From NCBI RefSeq assembly GCF_963921235.1, contig NC_086101.1, positions 190,464,001-190,528,000 on the forward strand: a stretch of DNA of 64,000 nucleotides. Reading direction: 5' to 3'. Shown in pieces: positions 1-12,190 of the stretch (positions within the stretch are counted from its first letter, which is position 1; each line of letters begins with the position of its first letter). The DNA comes from Mobula hypostoma. Lineage: Eukaryota. The notes under the pieces were generated by a model. The model was not told where the DNA came from, did not search any database, and saw only the letters and a list, made by a program, of their open reading frames with translations. Position numbers and translations under genes: made by a program.

Positions 1-719
1 CATCAGTGTTGTGGAGAGGGGAGACTTGCAGCATGGACAACTGCCGGTCTTCCATACAACCTTGTCCAGGCCTGCGCCCTGGAGAGTGAAGACTTTCCAG
101 GCGCAGATCCATGGTCTCGCAAGACTAACGGATGCCTTTAGAGAAGGTAAATGCAGACAGGGTTTTTCACTGAGGTTGGTTGGGACTAAAACTAGAGGAG
201 TGAAAGATGAAATATTTAAGGGGAACATACAGGTAACTTCTGCAGTCAGAGGGTAGTGAGAGCGTGGAATATGTGGCCAGTGGATGTGCTTTCGATTTTA
301 ACATTTAAGTGAAATTTGGATAAGTACGTAGGTGGGAGGGATATGAAGGTCTTTATAATAATGCTTTTCTAAGTTATGTGTCTAAACGGAAGGTTGTAAG
401 AGAAGAGGGTGGAGACCAGTACCACTACGTATTGGGGAAGCCTGGTGTTAGAGAAGAGATCTTGTAGGAGCAGCTTCTTTGTGCAAGAGGGGAACGTTCT
501 CTTAAGCCGAGTCACAACTAGGGATAGTGCCAGGAGTTGGAGACAGGGACAAGAATGGAGAGGGAGAGAGGGAGAGAGAGGGAGACAAGGTGAGGGGGGA
601 GAAAGAGAAAACGGTTGCATGAAATATTGTCAGATACCCGGCATTGCAGAGATCGGCTTATTACGTGTATGATAACTGCTGCGTTGTTTTCAGAACTCCT
701 CCCTCATTAATCGTAAACA

Positions 720-1140
720 TGAGGAATTTTGCAGATGCTGGAAATCCAAAGCAGCAGACAAAATGATGGAGGAATTCAACGGGTCAGGCCACATCTACTG
801 AATGGAAGAAACAGTCAAAGTTTCAGGCCAAGACCCTCTATCAGGACTGGAACGGAAGGGGGAAGAAATCAGAACAAGAATGTGGAGGGAGGGGAAGAAG
901 TACAGGCTGTCAAGGGTTAGGTGAGACCAGGAGAGGAGAAGATAGGTGGTTGGGGGAGGGCTTGATGAAGTGAGAAGCTGGGAGGGGATAGGTGGAAAAG
1001 GTAAAGGGCTGGAGAGGAAGGAATCTGATAGGAGAGGAGAGTGGATCTTGGGAGAAAGGGAAGGAAGACGGGGATAGCAGCAGCAAAGTGGACAGTGGAA
1101 GAAAAGGAAGGATGCAATGAGCTCATCAGAGGCTGACACT
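720..1140 (-). mobile_element. Penelope-like terminal repeat fragment
   Basis: Reverse complement of the pyrimidine-rich 3' region and degenerate hammerhead terminus seen at 62570-62950. Confidence 0.6.
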
Positions 1141-1214
1141 TTCTCAGATGTTGCAATTCAACTAACGCCTGATCTACCCCCTTGGTGAGCGATCCTGATT
1201 CCTTTCTCTGTGCC

Positions 1215-1765
1215 CCACTCTAACAACTTTCTACAGGGGTATCACTGAGAGTGTCCTGCCTGGCTATGTCATTGTGTGGTACTGGAGCTGCAAGGCATCA
1301 GACCGCAAGACCCTACAGAGGATAGTGAAAAGCACCGAGAGGATCGGCGGGGTCCCCCTTCCCTCTATTTGTAACAGTTACCGGGGGCGTGGGACACCAA
1401 GGGCCCAAAGTATCATTGAGGGTCCCTACCACCCATCCTGCAATCTCTTTGACCCACTACCATCGGGCGGGGGGGAAGTACAGGAGCATCAGGACTAGCA
1501 CTACCAGAGTGGGTAACAGCTTCTTCCCTTCACCTATGACACTAGTGAATGCCCCGTCGCCACTGATGTCTCATCACCAGGAGAGCCAGCTGTTTACTGT
1601 TTACCTGTGCTGTGCACTACATGCATTTTGAATTATATTTTATTAACTTATCTGTGGTCATATTTTGTTTTCTGTGCTGTGTGTGATATATGTATTGTGG
1701 GAAGACCATGGTCCAAAGCAATGTTGTATACATGCACAATCAGGTGACAATAGACTTGAACTGAC
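1215..1765 (+). mobile_element. Rex/Babar- or L2-like LINE 3' fragment
   Basis: WYWSCKASDRKTLQRIVKSTERI..., SGG.YRSIRTSTTRVGNSFFP; typical C-terminus of fish Rex1/L2-type ORFs. Confidence 0.6.
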
Positions 1766-2029
1766 AGAGTGGATGAGAACCTGGTTCTTCCCAGTTTCCA
1801 GGGCAGCACCTATTCCTCATCACTAAAGAAAAACATCATCTGCTCAATGACTCATTTCTAAATTGGTGGATTAGTTTACTATTGTCACATAAAGATAAGG
1901 ATTAGTATTATTTGTCACATACAGTGAAAAGCATCCTATCAAATCCGCGAGAATTGATCGTGATGAGGGCCGTCCATATGTGTCGCCACACTTCCACTGC
2001 CAACAAACCTTCCCACAACTTACTAAATC

Positions 2030-4160
2030 TAAACGGTACACCTTTGGAATGTGAGAGGAAACCAGAGCACCCGGAGGGAACCCTCGCAGAAAGGGGAGAA
2101 CCAGGGCTGGACTTTAGGCAGGGAGAGGCTGGGCTGCAGCCCAGGGGCTAGAGCTGCAGAGGGGCCCCAAAATAATTAGCTATCATCATGGCAGACAAAA
2201 AAAAATATGAGAGTGGAGCACAGAAAAGAAAAAAGAAAGAAAAAGAGGACCGTGAGAAAGAAGCATTAAAAAAGACATTGAAATTGACGGAATTTTTTAA
2301 ACCTGTTCTCGATGATGCAGCACTACCATCGCTCTTGTCACAGTCCGAGACCGGTGGACAAATGGAGACTTGTTCAACAGCTAGAGCTAGCACCAGCGTT
2401 AGCACAGGACCACTGTCCTTGCCACAGTCAGCAGCTAACGTTGAAGAGGCAGAGAGCATGACTTTGGAATTCCCGACCACAGAGGCCTCTGAACAACCAA
2501 GTTGAGCCGCCATTAATGTTAACGTTACTGCTACTGAGGATCCTTACAGCACTGATCCTGCTCGCTGGGGAAAGGAAACGTTAGATGATTCAGTCTGAGT
2601 GTACTGGGCTAAGAAAGGGCCGGAGTCCTGCCAGAATAAGGATGTGGATATCAAAGCTTTGGAACGAGTATACAAACAGCAGAGACTTTTATTCTCCGAA
2701 TTTCACTTCAAACGCAAGCTCGTAAATGGAGAGTACATATCAAGGCAATGGCTTTTATATTCCCCTTCCACGGCTGTGTGTTTTGTTTTGCATGCCGTAT
2801 CTTAAGTGATGGTAATTGTCAGTCCATCTTTGAAACTGGCTTTAGCCACTGGAAACATGTTGCTGAGCACACAGCAGTGCATGAAAATAGCGAACACGAC
2901 AGGAAAGCAAGACTGACCTATGTTACTCCAGTGCCTGACAGCAGAAGAATAGATACAGAACTGCAAAAACAATATCCCTTCTCTCTCTGTACAAGATCTG
3001 CACAAGAGAGCGTCTGATCTCCAAAGCTGACCTGGAGTTAGACTTTGTGGAGGAGATTGTCCATTTCGGGGAAATTGTAAGTGGCAAAGATATTTCATCC
3101 GCAACAGAGCTTTTATGCTTCCTCAGAGAAAAACACTTGCAGGTCATCTTCCCAAATGTAAGCATTGCTTTGAGGCTTTACCCGACTCCCCCTGTCACAA
3201 ATGCAAGCGGTGAGCGATCTTTCTCCAAGCTCAAGCTAGTGAAGAATAGGCTCAGGTCCACAATGGGACAGGACAGGTTGAGTCATCGTACTCTGATGTC
3301 ACTTTAAAGTGATCTTGTTCGGAAACTGGATTTTAGTGATCTGATCAAGGACTTTGCTGCGAAGAAATCCAGAAGAACTAGGCTTTAATTTTGAAAAACA
3401 AGCATCTGACTTTGTACATTCTAAGCTTGTGTGTCAGTGCTGTTCCTGTTTTTGTGGCAATAGGCTAATAGTTGACTGTTTACAAACCTAGTAAGTAATG
3501 AGTGCTCTTTACTCTGCAAGTCACACAGTACAGCAACAGGTTAGTATGTGCTTGATCTCATTTTTCAAAAAGAGTGTTGGGGTATTGTGAAGTTTCCTAG
3601 TTTGCCAGAGTGGCATCTCCCTTGGCCTTTTTGTCTCTCATTTCCATTTTACTTTCTCAGAACACACGGTTGAGAAAAATACTGAGATAAAAATGCTTTG
3701 GCATTGTTTGAGAGATAAGGCCTATGGTATGTGCAGCACTAGCTAAATAAAGATTTAAGATTGGGTACATCATACATCATCTCCCTCATAACTTTACTCA
3801 GCCAACTGAGCCTAGGTCAATTTTTGAGTGCTTTAGATGCTGTCCTTCAAACTAAGAATCTGCATTACTTTCTGTCCTCCCTCTTAAGGCCTGTAAGCTT
3901 ATAGCCTACGTATTGTACTAAACCAATGTCTTGGTCCACAGTTTTGATATTTAGACCAGTACGACCTTTGCTCTTGTTCTTGCCTTTTTTTGCTTGGTAC
4001 AGCAGCATTTTATGGTGTCAGCAGGGGCCCATCAGGGCCTCCAGCCCAGGGGCCCTGGGGAGAACGTACAAACTCCTTACAGACAGGATTTGAACTTCGA
4101 TCAGTGTTCGCTGATGCTGTAATAACGCTATGCTAACTGCTTTGTTACTGTGCCGACCTG
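2030..4160 (-). mobile_element. tRNA-derived SINE (V-SINE/HE1-like) split by the hAT insertion
   Basis: 2030-2101 and 4058-4160 rejoin to ...ggaaaccagagcacccggagggaaccctcgcagaaaggggagaac|gtacaaactccttacagacag..., the same core seen at about 43000 and 58200. Confidence 0.65.
2102..4057 (+). mobile_element. Internally deleted hAT DNA transposon (ZMYM1/Tip100-like transposase remnant)
   Basis: Termini CAGGGC...GCCCTG; 8-bp TSD GGGAGAAC (2094-2101 and 4058-4065). Fragments: N-terminal MADKKKYESGAQKRKKK, TTF-zinc-finger-like RQWLLYSPS..C.C..C...GFSHWKH....HENS, and hAT dimerization domain FPNVSIALRLY.T.PVTNASGERSFSKLKLVKNRLRSTMGQDRL. The catalytic middle is missing. Confidence 0.88.
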
Positions 4161-4929
4161 TACCAGGTACAGTGAAAACTTTATTTTGCATACCATCCAT
4201 ACAGATCATTTCATCACATCAGTGCATTGAGGTAGAACACGGGAAAAAATAACGGAATGCAGAATAAAGTGTTACAGTTACAGAGAAAGTGTAGTGCAGC
4301 CAAACCACAAGGTCAAGTGTCCAACTGTCATTCAATAATTGTATAATATTTCTCAAAACTTTCTGTGTATAAAAGACAGGTGAATGCACACAGTTTCTTG
4401 TTTTCTGCCCTCAGTGCTGGGGAATCAAGAACTAGAGGGCGAAGGTTTAAGGTGAAAGGGGAGAGATTTAATAGGAACCTGAAGGACATCTTGTTCACCA
4501 GGATGGTGGTCAGTATGTAGAATGAGCTGTCAAGGTGGTTACTTCAACAACATTTAAAAGATACTTGGACAAATGCAAGGATAGGAAAGGTTTAGAGAGA
4601 TATGGGTTAAGTTCAGACAAACGGGATGAGATAGTCAGCACAGACTGGTTGGGCTGAAGGGCCGGTTTCTGTGCTGTATGACTCAGACACGTTGGCTGCT
4701 TGGTTTGCCAAAACTGGAAACCTCGGCTCCGACACATCCCTCAGGCAAGAGTTCTCATGCAGTGAGAATGGGGGATCCCATAAGTTGGGACCTTGACCAC
4801 TGGAGCCCCACTCTGACCCTCCACGTGCACACAGACACAGACACACCCTACCCACTCTCATTGACTGGATACAGTATCCGGAGGAGGCCAGACACATGAC
4901 CTCTGCTGATGGTAGTGTGGGCAATCTAC

Positions 4930-5420
4930 CTGGCACTAGAAAGAGTGCAGAGAATATTTACGAGGATGTTGCCGGGACTTGAGGACCTGAGTTATAGGGA
5001 AAGGTTGAAAAGGTTAGAACTTTATTCCCTGGAGCGTAGGAGAACGAGGGGAGATCTCACAGAGGTACACAAGATTATGAAGGGTATCGATAGGGTGAAT
5101 GCTTGCAGGCTTTTTCCTCTTATGTTAGGCGAGACTAGAACTAGACATTATAGGTTTGAGGTGAAAGATGAAATATTTAAATGGAATCTGAGGTGGAACC
5201 TCTTCACTCAGAGGGTGGTGCAAGTGTGGAACGAGCTGACGGTGGAAGTGGTAGATCTAAGTTCAATTGTAACATTCAAGGGAAGTTTGAAGAGGTACAA
5301 TACATGGATGGGAGAGAGACGGGTTGATATGGTCTGGGTGTAGGTAAACGGAACAAGGAAGAAAACTGGGCTGGCATGGTCAAGATGGGCCAAAGAGTCT
5401 GTTTCTGTGCACCATGACTA
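4930..5420 (+). mobile_element. CR1 LINE 3' fragment
   Basis: LERVQRIFTRMLPGLEDLSYRERL..L.LYSLERRR.RGDL.EV.KIMKG...NLFTQRVV.VWNEL. Confidence 0.8.
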
Positions 5421-6709
5421 CCAGTTGTTACATTTTCTTGATATGGAGTAGTTTGCTGCACTGTTTTAGAAGGCAGCCACAGGTCAGTCACATGAAGTCG
5501 AGACTGCTAATAGACAGAAGACTTCCTTCCCTGTAGGATATTAGTTATAGTCATAGTCATTGAGTACTACCCCACAGGAACAGGACTTTCAGTCCATGTG
5601 GTTCTTGTCAAATTGTTATCCTGTTTAGTCCCAGTGACCCACATCTGGACCATCGCCCTCCATACCCCTCCCTTCCATGTACCTATCCAAAATCCTCTTA
5701 AATGTTGAAATTAAACTGTCCCACCACTTCCACTGGCAGCTCGTTCCACACTCTCACCACCCTCTGAGTGAAGAAGTTCCCCTGAAACGACCCAGATTGG
5801 ATTTTTTTTTTAGGACAATCGATTTCTTTCTTGACTTTTGTAAAGATTTACTGAAATAACCGAATTTAAGTTCCATGGCTGTTGGGTTACGTTTGAGTTT
5901 CCATTGTTGGAGGACTGTCTCAGGACTGTAACTGCTGTGTTAATGAAGGCTGGAGGACGAGCAGTGTGGAATGATCGAGCCTGGAGTGAGGCAGGCATGG
6001 CGCCTGATGCAGATGATGGAAGCGTCTCACAGTGGTAGAAGCAGTCGACCTTTGGACTGACTTGGAAGCTGAATGATATTGAATGAGTCCTTCAGATGCA
6101 TACAGCTCACACGCCGGACACAAGAGGCAGGGAGGGGTCCTGGTGGAAGCCAGGGCTCAGAGGTCATGGTAGGAGGAAGGGATTTTACCTTTTGTCCGTA
6201 AGACCATACAACACAGATGCACAATTAGACCATTTGGCCCATCAAGTCTGCTCCGCCATTCCATCATGGCTGACTTATTACCCCTTCCAACCCCATTCTT
6301 CTGCCTTCTTCCTTAACTTTTGATGCCCCTGACTAACCAACAGTCCATCACAATTCACTTTAAATAGGCCCAGTAACTTGGCCTCCACAGTGGTCTGTAG
6401 CAATGAATTTCAGATTCACTAAAATAAATTCCTCCTAATCTCTGTTGTAAAAGGATGTCCCTCTGTTCTGAAGCTGTGCCCCCAGTCCTGGACTCTGGCA
6501 GTATACGAAGCTTCCTCTCTGCAACACAATCATTCTTTTTCTTTCTCGGCCTTGCAACATTAGGTTTCAATGACACCCTCCCCTCCCTCAGTCGTTCTTC
6601 AGAACTCCAGGAAGTAGAGGCCCAGAGCCATCAAACACTTATCTGTTAACCCTTTTGCTCCCAGGATTATACTTTATCCATGTCAGCACATCCTTTCTTA
6701 GATATGGGA

Positions 6710-7565
6710 GAGGAGAGAGGGAGGGGGAAAAGAGAAAGAGAAGAGAGGGAGGAGAGGGGGAGAGGGGACAGGGGACAGAGGGGGAAGGGGAGGGGGAAAG
6801 GGGAGAGGGGGAAAGGGGAGAGGGGGAAAGGGGAGAGGGGGAAAGGGGAGAGGGGGAAAGGGGAGGGGGGGAAAGGGGAGGGGGAAAGGGGAGGGGGAAA
6901 GGGGAGGGGGAAAGGAGAGGGGGAAAGGAGAGGGGGAAAGGGGAGATGGNNNNNNNNNNNNNNNNNNNNNNNNNNNNNNNNNNNNNNNNNNNNNNNNNNN
7001 NNNNNNNNNNNNNNNNNNNNNNNNNNNNNNNNNNNNNNNNNNNNNNNNNNNNNNNNNNNNNNNNNNNNNNNNNNNNNNNNNNNNNNNNNNNNNNNNNNNN
7101 NNNNNNNNNNNNNNNNNNNNNNNNNNNNNNNNNNNNNNNNNNNNNNNNNNNNNNNNNNNNNNNNNNNNNNNNNNNNNNNNNNNNNNNNNNNNNNNNNNNN
7201 NNNNNNNNNNNNNNNNNNNNNNNNNNNNNNNNNNNNNNNNNNNNNNNNNNNNNNNNNNNNNNNNNNNNNNNNNNNNNNNNNNNNNNNNNNNNNNNNNNNN
7301 NNNNNNNNNNNNNNNNNNNNNNNNNNNNNNNNNNNNNNNNNNNNNNNNNNNNNNNNNNNNNNNNNNNNNNNNNNNNNNNNNNNNNNNNNNNNNNNNNNNN
7401 NNNNNNNNNNNNNNNNNNNNNNNNNNNNNNNNNNNNNNNNNNNNNNNNNNNNNNNNNNNNNNNNNNNNNNNNNNNNNNNNNNNNNNNNNNNNNNNNNNNN
7501 NNNNNNNNNNNNAAGGGGGAGAGGGGAAGGGGAGAGGGGAAGGGGAGAGGGGGAGAGGGGGAGAG
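6710..7565 (+). repeat. Purine-rich (GGGGGAAAGGGGAG-like) tandem repeat spanning assembly gap 6950-7512
   Basis: Repeated about 14-bp G/A units on both sides of a run of N. Confidence 0.9.
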
Positions 7566-7608
7566 AATATGAATGAGAATGAATATATCCAACATCTATG
7601 ATATTTAC

Positions 7609-8007
7609 CCAATATTTCCAGTGTGATCCCAGGTTTGGACTCAGCCTTGAAGGTGCCCAGGCCCTGCCGACTAATTTCCACACGGCAGAAGTATTGATCG
7701 CTGTCATCCAGCGTAGCGTTCTGCAGCTCCAGGGCGGCATTTCCCTTTCTCGGGTCCCCAGCCAGTCTGTACCGGCCTTCAATATTTGTGTGAACTTCAT
7801 TCTCAAACTCCTTGCTGCCCTTGCTCCTGTTAGTCACGTTGAACAATACCGGCCCTTCGTAAAACACCTTTATCTTCCAGATGATGACAATCTCAACGGT
7901 CGTGTACTCAGTGTAGGGAGACTTTAAAGTGCAGGGCAAAACCACCGAATGTCCGACAGTACCGTTCACTCTCTCCGGGACCTCCACAGACATAAGGTCT
8001 GGGTCTC
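7609..8007 (-). CDS. SIGLEC15-like: Gene A exon: Ig V-set domain of a Siglec-15-like receptor
   Basis: Acceptor ctttatccctacag|GA and donor TTGG|gtaaat; 399 nt, phase 1-1. Translation (G)DPDLMSVEVPERVNGTVGHSVVLPC...IIWK...GRYRLAGDPRKGNAALELQNATLDDSDQYFCRVE...ESKPGITLEIL has the canonical C, W and D-x-x-x-Y-x-C. It resembles the Siglec-15 V domain as I recall it (GRFRLLGNPRRNDLSL...YFCRVEF...ESRHGVRLHV). Confidence 0.9.
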
Positions 8008-9769
8008 CTGTAGGGATAAAGAGTCTGAGCATAAAGGACGTCTCACCTTGGACAATCAACGATGTCACAATGCAAGAAGAACACAAACAACAGAACTACA
8101 GTACATGATAAACAAATCAAACTCCAAGTTCAAGTTTATTCCATTTAGCTGTTCATCGCCAGGCGAAACAATGTTCCTCCTGACCAAGGTGGACAACGCA
8201 GTACTTACGATCAAAGGAAGAAGCTGTTTCCTATCCTAACAGTCCTTGTCCTAATGCTACAGTACCTCATGCTTGATGGTAGGAGGGTTCAAAGAGATTG
8301 TTGGACGGATGGGAGGGACCACTGACAAAGCTAAGGGCCCTGCACACACAGTGCTCCAGATAAACATCTCAGATGGGTGTAAGAGAGACCCTGATGATCC
8401 TCTCAGCTGTCCTCACAATCCTGTGTAGGGACTTGAGGTCAGGTGTCTTGCAATTCCTGTACCAGACAGTGATGCAGCTGGTCAGAACACATCTCAATGT
8501 TCTGTAAAGGTTCTGGTGACTCTTCTGTCCAAGATCACAGGACATTGAAGGGAGTTGTGAACACAGTCCAGCCCAACACACAAAACCAGCCTCTCCTCCC
8601 TGTACTCCATCTACACGCTTGATTTTCAGCATCTGCAGGTTTTTTCCCAATGAAGCTGGGACCAATTCCTGAATGTAGAGTTGAGATAAAACATGGACAT
8701 ACAGACACAGCATGGGAACAGACCCGTATCTGAGAACACACCCACCCCCAGCTTTCCATGAACTCCCCCCTTGATTCTACAATCCTCCTACACACTACAC
8801 AGACTAGAGGCAATTTGTAGTGGCCGATTAACCAATCAACCTGCACGTCTTTGGGATGTAGGAGGAAATAGGAACTTCCAGGGGAAAGACCATAAGACAC
8901 GGGAGAAAATTATGCCATTTGGCCCAACAATTCTTCTCCACCATTCTACCTTAGCTGATTTATTGTCCTACCTTCTCCTGATAGCTTTTGATATACTTAC
9001 GAATCAAGAATCTATCAAACCCCACTTTAAATACACCCAATGACATGGCCTCCAAGAGCTGTCTGTGGCAATGAATTCCACAGATTCATCACCCTCTGTC
9101 TAAAGACATTCCTCCTCATCTCTGTACTAAAGGGACGCCCTTCTATTCTGAGGCTGTGCGCTTTGATCCTAGACTCTCCCACTATTGGAAACTTCTTCTC
9201 CCTGTCCACTCAATCCAGGCCTTTCAATGTTCGATAGATTCCAATGAGATTCCCCCCGCACCCCACCGCTCATTCCTCTAAACTATGAGTACAGGCACAG
9301 AAATATCAAATGTTCCTCACATGTTAACCCTTTCGTTCCTAGGATCATTCTCGTGAACTTCATCTGGATCTTCTCCAAGGCCAGCACATGCTTTCTCAGA
9401 TAAGGGCCCAAAACTGCTCATAATATTCCAAGTGTTGTCTGACCAATGCCTTAAAAATTCCACACAGGCAGCACCAGAGGTCAGGATTAAATCCTGGTCA
9501 CCTGAACTGTGGAGCAGTGCACCAGGTGTACTACTGTGATGCTCAGAGAAAGAGGCTGAGGCAGATACAATTCTAACGCATAAAGATATCTGGATGAGTA
9601 AATGGATTGCTTTATTATTATCACATGTCCCAAGATATAGTGAAAATCTTTTGTTTGTGTGCGATCCCCAGAGATCATTCCATACACAAGTACAAAAGGG
9701 AAAAGAGAGAGCAGACTAGCTCGGAGTTTTGGAGTTGGGAAGTTACGTTATGGGTATTGGATGACACAG

Positions 9770-10660
9770 ACGTTGGGGGTGTTGTGGATAGTCGGGAGGG
9801 CTGTCGGAGGTTACAGCGGGACATCGATAGGATGCAGGACTGGGCTGAGAAGTGGCAGATGGAATTCAACCCGAATAAGTGTGAAGTGGTTCATTTTGGT
9901 AGATCCCATTTGAAGACAGAATATATTATAAATGGTAAGACTCTTGGCAGTGTGGAGGATCTGAGAGATCTTGGAATCCATGTCGATAGGACCCTCAAAG
10001 CTGCTGTGCAGGTGGACATTGTTGTCAGAAAGCGTGTGGAGTGTTGGCACTCATCAACCATGGAACTGAGCTCGGGAGCCGGGAGGTGATGTTACAGCCA
10101 TATAAGACCTTCGTCAGATCTCACCTGGAGTACTGTGTTCAGTTCTGGTCACCTCATTACAGGAAGGATGTGGATACTACAGAGAGAGTGCAGAGGAGAC
10201 TTACAAGGATGTTACCTGGATTGGAGGGCGTAGCTTATGAGAATAGGTTGAGTGAACTTGGCCTTTTCTCCTTGGAGCGACAGACGATGAGAGATGACCT
10301 GATAGAGGTGTATAAGATGATGAGAGGCATTGATCATGTGGGTAGCCAGAAGCTTTCTCCCAGGGCCGAAATGGCTAACACAAAGGGGCATAGTTTTTTG
10401 GTGCTTGGAAACAGGTATTGAGGGGATGTCAGGGGTAAGTTTTTCACGCAGGGAGTGGTGGGTGCGTGGAATGCACTGCCAGCGGCAGTGGTGGAAGTGG
10501 ATACAATAGGGTCTTTTAAGAGCCTCTTAGACAGGTACCTGGAGCTTAGAAAAATGGAGGGCTATGTGCTAGGGAAATTCCAGGCAGTCTCTAGAGCAGA
10601 CTACATGGTCAGCAGAACATTGTGGGCTGAAGGGCCTGTAATGTGCTGTAAATTTCTATG
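9770..10660 (+). mobile_element. CR1 LINE 3' fragment
   Basis: LQRDIDRMQDWAEKWQMEFNPNKCEVVHFGR; RSHLEYCVQFWSPHYRKDV; 3'UTR with ctatg tail. Confidence 0.85.
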
Positions 10661-11877
10661 TCCTATATGTAAAACATCAGTGAGACCTGTCTTGGAGTAC
10701 CTTGTACAGGCGAATAAACTTCTCAGCCTTCCAGCTGGGTACAGGTATCAATTATAACCGAAGTTTCGATGACAAACTCTGCCATCAGGGATGAAGATGG
10801 CAGGGTTTGCCATCGAAAGGTCGATACTTGTACCGGGCTGGAAGCCCGAGACGAGTTACTTGTCATATATGCCAGAAAAGCACTCGGTCCTTTTTACTTT
10901 CTACAGGAAAGATAGTATTAAACTAGAAAGAGTGCATAAAAGATTTCTCAGGATGGCACCTGGAATTGAAGGTCTGACTTACAAGATATTCCATAGACTA
11001 GGACTTTATTTCCTGGAACGTAGAAGATCAAGGGGGTGACCTGATAGAGGTACATAAGGTCATGAGGGGCATAGACAGAGTGAGGGGCTGCCAAAAACAA
11101 GACAGAATAGGATCAAGATCAGAGGCAAGAACTTTAAAAGGAACATGAGGGCAGTTCTTTACAGAAAAACTGGTGTGTATTTGGAATGAGTTGTCAGAAA
11201 TAGTGATTGAGGTGGACACCTATGCGAAATTTAAAAGCTGTCCAGATAAGTACATGGGTAGGGGAGGTTTAGAGAGATCTGGGCCAAATGCAGGCAGATG
11301 GGACGAACTCTCAGGGCAACGCATTCCGGATGGACAAGGCATAATCAGGTTTAATATCACTGGTAGATGTCGTGAAATTTATTGTTTTACATTGCAATAC
11401 GTAAAAATAAACAGAAACTACAAATCTGAATAAAATATATCAAAAATTTAATTAAGTAAGCAGTGCCGAAAAGAGCAAAAAACAGGGAAAAATCGTGAGG
11501 TAGTGCACGTGGGTTCATGGTCCATTCAGAAATCTGATGGGGAGGGGAAGAGGCTGTTTCTGAAATGTTGAGCACGGGCATTTTGGGCCGAATGGTCTGT
11601 TTCCCTGCTCTAGACTGTATGGCTTTAATAAAGTGTGGAAGCTACGGAGAAAGTGCAATGGGTAGGGGTGGAGTATAGGGCCATGGCCCTAATGCGGGCA
11701 CTCAGGTTCAGAGCAGGCAGGCAAAGCCGTTTCTCTGCTGTATCTTTCTGAGAGTCATGGACTAAATATGGCAAGAGGTTGAGTCACGGGGAACTTAGAA
11801 TGAGTTCCTGTGACTGACAGCCCATGCTTTATTCAGCGTGTTCTGCGGGTTGCTAATCACAAGACGCGACTTGGACA

Positions 11878-11987
11878 GGAAACTCCCACAAACTCCCAGC
11901 TGCACTGAGGCATTCTGAGGACCTGCAATGACTCAGAAAGCTTTTCTCTTGAGGAAAGAATTTTCCCCACTGCTCGCGTCAGTCTCT

Positions 11988-12027
<40 letters not shown>

Positions 12028-12190
12028 GCTTTTCTCTTGAGGAAAGGATTTCCCCCACTGCTCTTGTTAGTCACTCTCCCTCTAACACACTTTTCTTTCC
12101 TGCTTCTCAGTGCACCGTGTTGGTGAAACGGCCCTCGTAAACTTCCACGGCTCCCACAGTTAGGAAAACCACAAGTGGCTTCCGGTTTAA
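11878..12190. promoter_or_regulatory. Candidate intronic enhancer in gene A intron 1
   Basis: GGAAACTCCC (11878-11887); a duplicated 37-bp unit (11939-11975 and 12027-12063) with kappaB-like ...GGATTTCCCC around a (CT)n tract; RUNX-like AACCACA and ETS-like TTCCGG near 12165-12185. Confidence 0.3.

Noticed and set aside
2188-3390. Host ZMYM1-like gene
   Set aside because: Intronless, broken by stops and frameshifts, and enclosed by hAT termini and a TSD.
6639-7806. 300-380 aa ORFs on both strands
   Set aside because: Artefacts of the G/A tandem repeat plus the N gap. Only the V-set part of ORF 6698-8086 is real, bounded by splice sites.
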